DNA from: a virus
Taxonomy: Duplodnaviria > Caudoviricetes
Direction: 5' to 3' (one strand)
Virus record (IMG/VR): IMGVR_UViG_3300035201_000143
Span: 1 to 63,550 of that record
DNA: 63,550 nucleotides
How positions within the stretch are numbered: position 1 is the stretch's first letter; the number at the start of each line of letters is the position of its first letter. Positions 25,444 to 33,400 of the stretch are shown piece by piece. Below the pieces are notes generated by a model. It was given only the letters and a program-made list of their open reading frames with translations. It was not told where the DNA came from and made no database searches. The translations under genes and the position numbers were made by a program.

Positions 25444-28400
25444 TCAAACTGACCCTGCCCAGAAGACGTATCCTTTAGTTGTACGTGTACTATCAATGTA
25501 TGTCTTAACAGCACGTTGAGTAGGAACTTTTTGGTTTGAGTTAGCAGATAGAGTAACATCAGAAGAGAATTCTGTGATACTTTCTCCTAACTGAGCACCA
25601 ATAGAACCCAGTCTCAAGGATGATAGACCCGAAAGGTCAAAGGAGGAGGCATTCAATGTAGTTGAACCAGTTGCCTGATTGACCTTGAAGTAACGTCCAA
25701 CTGTGAAGTTACCATCTTGGTCTGTTGATACAAAGAATACACGTCCTGGGAAGTCTTCAGTAACTTCGTTGCCTGGTGCTGGATCCACTAATGGATCTCC
25801 AGGCCAGTTGGTGTTTAGTTTGTTTCCTGTACCTAAGTCTAGGAAGTCATGACCAGTTAAACGAACTTGACTGTAACCATATCTGATTTTGTAGTCCTGT
25901 CCATCAAAGGTTCTTGTAGGTTTCTCAGCAGCGAGAACAACTAGTGCAGTACCAGTCGTATCTGTCTGTGAGTTTGTCACCTGCATGAACTCAGTATCAA
26001 TCTTAATGTAGTCGTTGATATTGAAACCAGAAGCGTCAGTGATACGAACATCAGATTGAGAGTTTGTTATATCTCTCAAAGTATCTGTTTGATCGACAAC
26101 TTTGATTTCAAGAGCACGAACTGAAAGACCAGAGGTATGAGCAGCAGCGTTTGTACCTTCAACTCCACGAGTAACATCCATAGATGTTGCTGTTGGGAAG
26201 GAGGTGATTGCCATCATCTCATCTTCAATGATCAAATATGCTCCAATTGAGAATCCACTAATTGTATTAACGTAGATTGTTGTCTCAGTTGTGTTGTTAA
26301 CAGCAGAACTCAAGTTAGTTGCACCACCATACTGATATCTGGTAATTAATTCCAGACCATCATGTGCAGCAGCAGCACTACCTAGTAGTCCTCTAGTAAC
26401 AGTCAAGTTACCTCTTCCAGCAGGAGCTGTATAAGAAGAGTTAGCAATAACAAATGTGAATGGTTCTTCACCAAGTCCACCAGCACCAGTAACGAATTCA
26501 ACCGAACCGCCTGGAACAGGTGCAGATCCTCTACCAGTCAAGGCAAGAACGAATCCGTTCTGACCACCAACAGCATCAGCGTTACTAAGTAGCGGACCTT
26601 GTACTCCAGAAGTTTGACCATCAATAGTCTCACCTTGTACAAACGTTCCTTTGAAAGGTCTGTAAAGAATCTTAGATACACCAGCCTGTACAGAGATGAT
26701 TTCTCCAACAGCACCAGATGTCAATCCGATAACTCTCTCTCCTGTCAACCAGATTGAATCTGTTGCACCAGGAACGACCGCCGCCTCATCATATTGAAGA
26801 GATAATCCATCAATCTTACCATCAAGAGTTGTCTCATTAGTATCATATCCAGAAGATACAATACCGTATGTACCCCAAGAAGAGTTACCTGCGAGAGATC
26901 TGATTCTTCCACCTCTGGTAGAAACGTAAGAAAGATGACAGTAGTAAGTGAAGCAAGATACAATCTCAGCACCTGCCTTGTTTGTACACCAGAAACCAAC
27001 TCCACCATCTTCGTGGATTTGTGTCCAAGAGTCAAACACCATTGTTTTGTTTGATCTGTTATCAAACGTAACGGCGTTAGAAGCAGCACTCACAAATGTA
27101 TGAGCATACTGGTCAGCAGGAGGAGCAACACCAACATTAACTGTAATTGTTGTTGCAGAAGCAGCAAGAATTAGAAGTTCCTTACCAAAGGCAGGGTCAC
27201 TAACACGAGGATAAGCATGGTTAGATGCACCACCGTTCTTAGTACAATTGAATGTAATAGAAGCCTGTGCTAATGTAATACTTGATCCAGTAGTCAATCC
27301 ATGACCTGAACCAAGAGTAAGTTCCATGTCACCAGTAGCAGGATTATAAGATCCTCCAGATGGTGTAAACTGTGCTGTAGTATCCCACTTAGCGTGAACA
27401 TCACCATCAATAATAGCACCAACTCCAGTTGCACCGAAGCAAGAACAGTTTGATACGTAAGGTGATCTCTTAATTGGTGAGTTAGGATCTAGACGTACAT
27501 AAACACCACCAATTGTAGCAGTGTTAAGATCTTTAGGATCAGAAGCAGAAGGAACGAATCCAACCATTCCATCCATAACCATGTCCTTAAGCATAGTGGT
27601 GCTTCCTAGCATCCACATAGTTAAATGCTCGTTCATGACTGGAGTAACACTACTGATAGCGATATCTGTAGCACCTGCCTCATATGTGTCTGTAGTTGTC
27701 CAAAGGTTTTGGTTAGCATCTCTAGTGATACTTCCTAATCCAGAAGTTAAACCAGTTGTTGCAACTCCAACCAATGTTGTAATAGCAGCATCCTGTACAA
27801 GACAAGTTACGTTAGCACTAATGCTGTTAATATCAGTAATACTATTATTGATAACCTGTGTCAAACCATGAGTACCAACAACAGTAATAGACTCGTTATT
27901 GATAACATCTTTTGCAAGAGGAATCAAGTAAGCCAAGATAGAAACAACTTCTGCCTCGTTACCGTTCCAATAGTTATTAGTAATCCAATCATTAAGTGTG
28001 TCATAAACACGATCATTACCACCATAACCTAAGTTAGCAGTGATATCCTGAATAAGAATAGCAAGTTTGCTTTCAAATACAGAAGCATCTCCACCAGGAG
28101 GGTTAGTAATAGTAACACCACCAGCAGCAGCCTTAGCAAGAGTTTCTTTAACTAAGAACTGTGTGTTAGATGTTAATAGGTTATATGCGTCAGCAGTTTT
28201 GTTGTTAGCAAATCCATCGGTCTGAACATAAATGTCAGAACCACCTTCTCTAACGTCAATAACTTCACCAGTCTTTGCTCCATCACCAGATGTGATAGTA
28301 GCACCAAGAACTCTATACTGAGCATCAGGTACTTGTGCAAGTGTAAGTTTAACAACACTTGAAGGTTCACCAGCTCTTGCTTGAATCCTTGAGGTTCTTA

Positions 28401-29538
28401 GGTTATCACCAACGACACCTACTTGCTCAGGAACCCTCATTGGAAGGATTTCATTATATGTACCTGCCTTAACATAAATTGTTGCAGGACCAGTTACGCT
28501 GTCTACAGCGTGACGTACAGTTCTCCATGCTGCTGTAATGCTATTACCAGCATTAGTATCAGCACCTTCTGGAGTAACGTAATAAACTTTATGTGTTACG
28601 TGACTCTCTTTCCATGTTGGATATCCTGTATTGTCAACAGTAAGAACCTTATTCTCGGTGTTGATTGGCAATCTAGCAGGACCAGATCCACCCTGATAAA
28701 GAAGGTCACCAGCGGTTGTTAGAACATTGGCAGATGCTCCTTCTGCTAGTGAATTCCAATATGTACCACTAACATCTGTTTCTGGAGCATTACCTGTATT
28801 TTCCAGAACACAGATATGTGAGTTGCTATTCCTAACAACAGCATCACCTGGATAGTAGGTTGTTCCTACGTCCCAAGTTCCTTTCCATGTAAATCCACCA
28901 ACAATAAAGTCCCATGCCGCAGGATTGCTTGCTGGAGATTGGTTAATATTAGTTGTCTTAGCAACGTATGAGTTACCACCTAAGAGTACAACGTCGCCTG
29001 GTTTGTATGTTGTAGTGGAATTCCAATTACCAACAACTTTAAAACCAGTTGTAAGAATTTCCCACTGAACACCTATACCTAAGTTTGGAGCAATAGCAAC
29101 ACTTGTTTGTTGTGCAACGTAGCTATAACCACCATATGTTACGATATCACCGACTTGATATTCGGTTGCTGAATCCCAAGTATCTTCAAACTTGAGTCCA
29201 TCTAAGTAGGCAGAAAACTTAGCGGAATCGAAAGTAGCGGTTGAAGTATGAGGTGTAGTAGTCCTATAAAGTACGTTACCGTATTTTGCGATATCGTTAT
29301 TTCTATAGAAGGTTGCTGCAGCCCAGTCCCCCGTATTATAGATCCCTTCAGTATGAATGGACCAGCTTCCTGCGTCAGTTCCATACCATAGTGATGCGGT
29401 TGAAACCGATGTATGGTTTGCGGTAGCTACGTAAGTGTTAGCACCAAATTTAACAATGTCATCGATGACATAGGCGGTCGCAGCCGTCCAGTCACCTCTC
29501 CAGTTAAATTTTAGTCTGCCAAGTCTAAAATCTGCCAT
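25444..29538 (-). CDS. Tail fibre/spike-like protein (1364 aa) with carbohydrate-binding-like repeats and a beta-helix
   Basis: Five W...T.Y...D.V..G..Y repeats (CBM5/12-like) at the N-terminus; VYYVT..G.D.N.G..AWRT..A..IYVKAGTY pectin-lyase-like start; C-terminal SNQKVPTQRAVKTYID. Confidence 0.8.
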   Translation of the reverse strand: MADFRLGRLKFNWRGDWTAATAYVIDDIVKFGANTYVATANHTSVSTASLWYGTDAGSWSIHTEGIYNTGDWAAATFYRNNDIAKYGNVLYRTTTPHTSTATFDSAKFSAYLDGLKFEDTWDSATEYQVGDIVTYGGYSYVAQQTSVAIAPNLGIGVQWEILTTGFKVVGNWNSTTTYKPGDVVLLGGNSYVAKTTNINQSPASNPAAWDFIVGGFTWKGTWDVGTTYYPGDAVVRNSNSHICVLENTGNAPETDVSGTYWNSLAEGASANVLTTAGDLLYQGGSGPARLPINTENKVLTVDNTGYPTWKESHVTHKVYYVTPEGADTNAGNSITAAWRTVRHAVDSVTGPATIYVKAGTYNEILPMRVPEQVGVVGDNLRTSRIQARAGEPSSVVKLTLAQVPDAQYRVLGATITSGDGAKTGEVIDVREGGSDIYVQTDGFANNKTADAYNLLTSNTQFLVKETLAKAAAGGVTITNPPGGDASVFESKLAILIQDITANLGYGGNDRVYDTLNDWITNNYWNGNEAEVVSILAYLIPLAKDVINNESITVVGTHGLTQVINNSITDINSISANVTCLVQDAAITTLVGVATTGLTSGLGSITRDANQNLWTTTDTYEAGATDIAISSVTPVMNEHLTMWMLGSTTMLKDMVMDGMVGFVPSASDPKDLNTATIGGVYVRLDPNSPIKRSPYVSNCSCFGATGVGAIIDGDVHAKWDTTAQFTPSGGSYNPATGDMELTLGSGHGLTTGSSITLAQASITFNCTKNGGASNHAYPRVSDPAFGKELLILAASATTITVNVGVAPPADQYAHTFVSAASNAVTFDNRSNKTMVFDSWTQIHEDGGVGFWCTNKAGAEIVSCFTYYCHLSYVSTRGGRIRSLAGNSSWGTYGIVSSGYDTNETTLDGKIDGLSLQYDEAAVVPGATDSIWLTGERVIGLTSGAVGEIISVQAGVSKILYRPFKGTFVQGETIDGQTSGVQGPLLSNADAVGGQNGFVLALTGRGSAPVPGGSVEFVTGAGGLGEEPFTFVIANSSYTAPAGRGNLTVTRGLLGSAAAAHDGLELITRYQYGGATNLSSAVNNTTETTIYVNTISGFSIGAYLIIEDEMMAITSFPTATSMDVTRGVEGTNAAAHTSGLSVRALEIKVVDQTDTLRDITNSQSDVRITDASGFNINDYIKIDTEFMQVTNSQTDTTGTALVVLAAEKPTRTFDGQDYKIRYGYSQVRLTGHDFLDLGTGNKLNTNWPGDPLVDPAPGNEVTEDFPGRVFFVSTDQDGNFTVGRYFKVNQATGSTTLNASSFDLSGLSSLRLGSIGAQLGESITEFSSDVTLSANSNQKVPTQRAVKTYIDSTRTTKGYVFWAGSV

Positions 29539-29549
29539 TTGTTTTTCCT

Positions 29550-29954
29550 TTACTTAGGTCCCTCGGTTGTATAATCGTAAGTTTCATTGAAACGGACCAC
29601 GAAATATCCGTTATCATCTACAAAGTAGGTTACTTTTCTACTGTCAAATCTGTACTGTTGGTATTGATCTTGTGGATGATTAGTATATGATTTAGATTCT
29701 GTAGTTTCTTCTACATAATCTGTCATTCCTGTTGCAATATCTAGGTATGGAGTACCATCTTTACGATGGAAAGTTACTACATCATCATCAATACTTCTGA
29801 TTTTGGTATAATAGAGCATACCATCATCATCTCTGCGTAAGGCATGGATAGTAAAATCGTTACCAAGATCGTAGTTGTTACTAGCAAACCCTGTTGAGCC
29901 ACCTCCAGTACTGGAACCGCCTCCTCTAAAACTATCGCTGATGTACATCGTCAT
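29550..29954 (-). CDS. Hypothetical (probable structural) protein
   Basis: ATG at 29954 forms an ATGA overlap with the upstream stop (preferred over the track's TTG at 29987); YQQYRFD..YFVDDNGYFV. Confidence 0.75.
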   Translation of the reverse strand: MTMYISDSFRGGGSSTGGGSTGFASNNYDLGNDFTIHALRRDDDGMLYYTKIRSIDDDVVTFHRKDGTPYLDIATGMTDYVEETTESKSYTNHPQDQYQQYRFDSRKVTYFVDDNGYFVVRFNETYDYTTEGPK

Positions 29955-30412
29955 GTGACAATTACCCTCCAGTAAACTCCTTCCCAAATAAGTTGAACAC
30001 CTGCGCCTTTAACGTCAAAAACCAGAGGAGATGAAATTACTCCATATGTATTTTGAAATTGTCGTCCGATAGGGTCCGTCAGAGTAACATTATTTATATC
30101 CCAACTAAACTTTACATCAATGAACTCAATTACATCCCCAGACTTGGGAACCAATTGGTTATTGTAAAGAGGAAGTGTTAACGATATAGGACCATTAGAT
30201 GAGTCCACCAAATAACGAAGGCTTGTTCCTAGAGTTTGATTTGAATTTATATATTCCCATCTTGCCCTGAATACATCAAATCCACCAGTGGTGGTTCCGT
30301 CATGAATGACGGCCATATTCTTATCAGTATCAATCGTTAGTTCACCCTGAGCTCCAGTAAAAAGAGCGTGTTCAGATGTAGTACCCCTACGAAATTGAAC
30401 CTGAGTTGTCAT
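29951..30412 (-). CDS. Structural protein with Mtd-N/hyaluronidase-like N-terminal anchor domain
   Basis: MTTQVQFRRGTT.EH..FTGA.GELTIDTDK...IHDG.T.GG is the major-tropism-determinant N-terminal motif; C-terminal beta domain resembles 24698..25021. Confidence 0.8.
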   Translation of the reverse strand: MTTQVQFRRGTTSEHALFTGAQGELTIDTDKNMAVIHDGTTTGGFDVFRARWEYINSNQTLGTSLRYLVDSSNGPISLTLPLYNNQLVPKSGDVIEFIDVKFSWDINNVTLTDPIGRQFQNTYGVISSPLVFDVKGAGVQLIWEGVYWRVIVT

Positions 30413-30435
30413 CAGTGATTATTCGATACCAAGTA

Positions 30436-30454
30436 TATTTATGTGATATTTATA
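30436..30454 (-). promoter_or_regulatory. Tandem late promoters (TATAAATA 30447-30454; CATAAATA 30436-30443)
   Basis: Two NATAAATA boxes 11 nt apart upstream of 30412. Confidence 0.65.
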
Positions 30455-33400
30455 TTAGATGATCCAACCATATGATCTTGGTGGTGCGACTTGTATACGT
30501 CTTGTCTCGGCATCACCAACATGTAGAATAACTCCACCTTCAGATACAAATCTCTGATAAGGTGCAATAACCTTAGTTGTGATATCAATCTCAATTGGGC
30601 AGTGTCCATCGTAGCTGAAGGTACGGAGGACTTCTGCACTTGCCAGTGAAGGTATACGACCTGAACCAACAAATGCCTTGACAATAACAGGAACATTGTC
30701 CTCTTCGAAGACATCGATTCTTCCTGAACCATCTGCTGTGGTTGTAATACTGGAAGTAGATTCTCCAAAGAATTGTGCGGAACCTTCTCCAACATATCCC
30801 TTCCTTGTGAAGGATTCTGCACCTGATCCTCTGACCTCGACAGCGACATCTGTAACAATATTTCTTGCAACAGCCTGTCTTGCAACACCCAAGAAGTCGA
30901 AGATTGCGACATTCTCGACTGCAATTGTTCTGGATTCGGATGCATTGTTCCATGTGAAGAACGATCCAGTTCCAACTGTAACTCTTGTTCTTGGAGTATC
31001 GGCAACACCAAATACATTGACAACTCCATAAAGTTCTGGAGAGAATGTAATTGTCTCTGCTGCACCAGCGAATCCCCAAAGACGGCCAATTCCACTGTAT
31101 GCTTCTGTATGTTTCTCGTCTGCAATACCAGAAACACCAAGATCAATTTGAGAATTCCAGTGGAATGTACGACGCTCAATGCTGCTAACAAAGTTGAATA
31201 GATTTCCGAATCCAACTTCTGCGTATGTTGTTGCTTCCTCTGCACGACCCTTGAATGTAAAGAGTCCTGTTGCTTCTGGTACGACTCCAACACTTTCCGA
31301 AGCACCAGAGAACGCAAAGAGTGTACCAAATAGAACTTCTCTTGTAGTAACTCTCTCTGTCTTTGTACCACCAAAGGAGAATAGAGCAGTAGTCTCGTCT
31401 GGATTGACAGTGAAACTCTCTGAAGCACCACTGATATTGAAGATCCTTCCTTCTCCAACAAAGTCTCTTGTACGAGATACGGATGTTGTAACATCGACGT
31501 AGATAGTACCAGAACCAATATTGTTTGGTGTGAATCTCTCGAATGCTTCTCCAGTAATATCGAGTGGTACTGGTACTTCGTCTGGACTGAATGCAACAGT
31601 TTCTGATGTCCTTGTGCCACCAATAGAGAATAGTAACTGTCTCTCTTCTGGATTGAAGGTAACACTTTCGGATGCACCACTGATATTGAAGATGCGTCCT
31701 TCTCCAATAAAGTCTCTCGTACGAGAGAATGTGGACGTAACATCGATTGTTGCACCACCAGAACCAATCCAGTTTGGAATGTACTTGATACGTGCTGTAC
31801 CAGACAGTTTGGATTCGATTGTGAATCTTTCGCTGAAGGTTCTGATGAATCCACCAAATCCTTTGAACACCATGTCTGCCTGGAATTCTGGCAAGACAAA
31901 TGTGATACTCTCTGCTGCACCACTGATAGCAAATATACGACCTTCGCCAACCCATACATGGGATCTGGAAGATGTAGAAGCACCAAAGATATCGACTTCG
32001 ATTCTTGGTTGCTCTGCAAATGTAAGGATTGGTTCTGAAACTTCTCCACTGAAGAGAATTTCTGCTTGACCAATCTCTCTGTATGCAGCACGAATATCTG
32101 CTTTCTCTGGACTGAATGCAATATCTGCTTGGAATGCAGGTAACTTGAGGGTGATAGCCTCGTCTGCTGCTCCAATAGAGAACAGTCCACCAACACCAAA
32201 GTGGATATCGACGTTGACAACAACCGCATCTCCACTGAGATATATGTCTCCAAGTGGTTGTTCTGCGAATGTAAGTAGTGGATCTGCAATCTCTCCAGAG
32301 ACTGTAAATACACCAGATCCAATAATACCACCAAAGGTGAAGCTCTGGGTGACAGCACCCTTGAGAACTGCGTCTGCTGTAAACTCTGGAAGTTTGAGAG
32401 TAAGAGATTCTGCTGCACCACCAACAGAGAACACCTGACCATCGCCATGATAGGCATGTGTTCTGAGAATATCTGCTTGACCGTATACTTCTGTACGACC
32501 AAATGGTTGCTCTGCAAATGTAAGTATTTCTGGACTTGATGTTCCACGTACTTCTGTGTGAACCAGACCAGCAATAGCGATTGCACGACTCTCGTCGAGA
32601 CGACCTGTAAAGTCGAATAGTGCTCCAAGTTCGAGTGGGTTGAATGTAAACGCCTCGACTGCACCACTGAAGTTGAAGATCCGACCTTCGCCAGTCCAAT
32701 GTTTCGTGATAAGTGGTACAACAGAAACGTTGAATATCTCTGTGCGAGATTGACCAACCCAGTCTTCTGTATGTTTCTCCAGTGCAGTACCAGAGAGATC
32801 GATATCGACTGTAACCTGTTCGGAAGCAGTAAACCTCTGACTTGCGAGTCCACCAAATGTGAGATCTGCTTGGAACGCAGGGATGTCGATTGTAATCGCT
32901 TCTGCACTGCGACCAATGGAATATAGATTTCCAAATCCATGGAAGTGGAGACTGAAGTTCTCTCCTGCGTTTCCAGAAACATCGATAACAACGTATCTGT
33001 AGTTGTCTGATACAACTGCCTCTTGACAGCGACCAGATACTTCCATGTGAGCAGAACCTTCTTCTGCTGTGATGAACTTGAGATCTGTGTAACCACCAGC
33101 AAACTTGAATAATGGTGGTGTTGTTGGAGGAATAACAACAGTACATTCTGCTGCACCACTCCAAGCCCAAAGTGTAGGATCGTTGGTAACCCACTGAGGT
33201 GGTACACGAACTTCTGAATTGGAACGAATCTTGATCGCATGTTCCCAAGGAATCGGATCCGATATAAAGATCTTGGTCTGCGAATCGTGTGTAAGAGAAG
33301 TAAAGCTGACAAGTTTTCCAAATGGGTATTCGGAAACCTTTGTGCGAATAGGACTGAATACAGATGTGAATCCGTAGTCCTCTCTTACCGTTGCACCAGG

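Noticed and set aside
29951-30412. Diversity-generating retroelement suggested by the Mtd-N domain
   Set aside because: No reverse transcriptase, no TR/VR pair differing at adenines and no C-type-lectin variable domain seen in the window; Mtd-N is a generic anchor.
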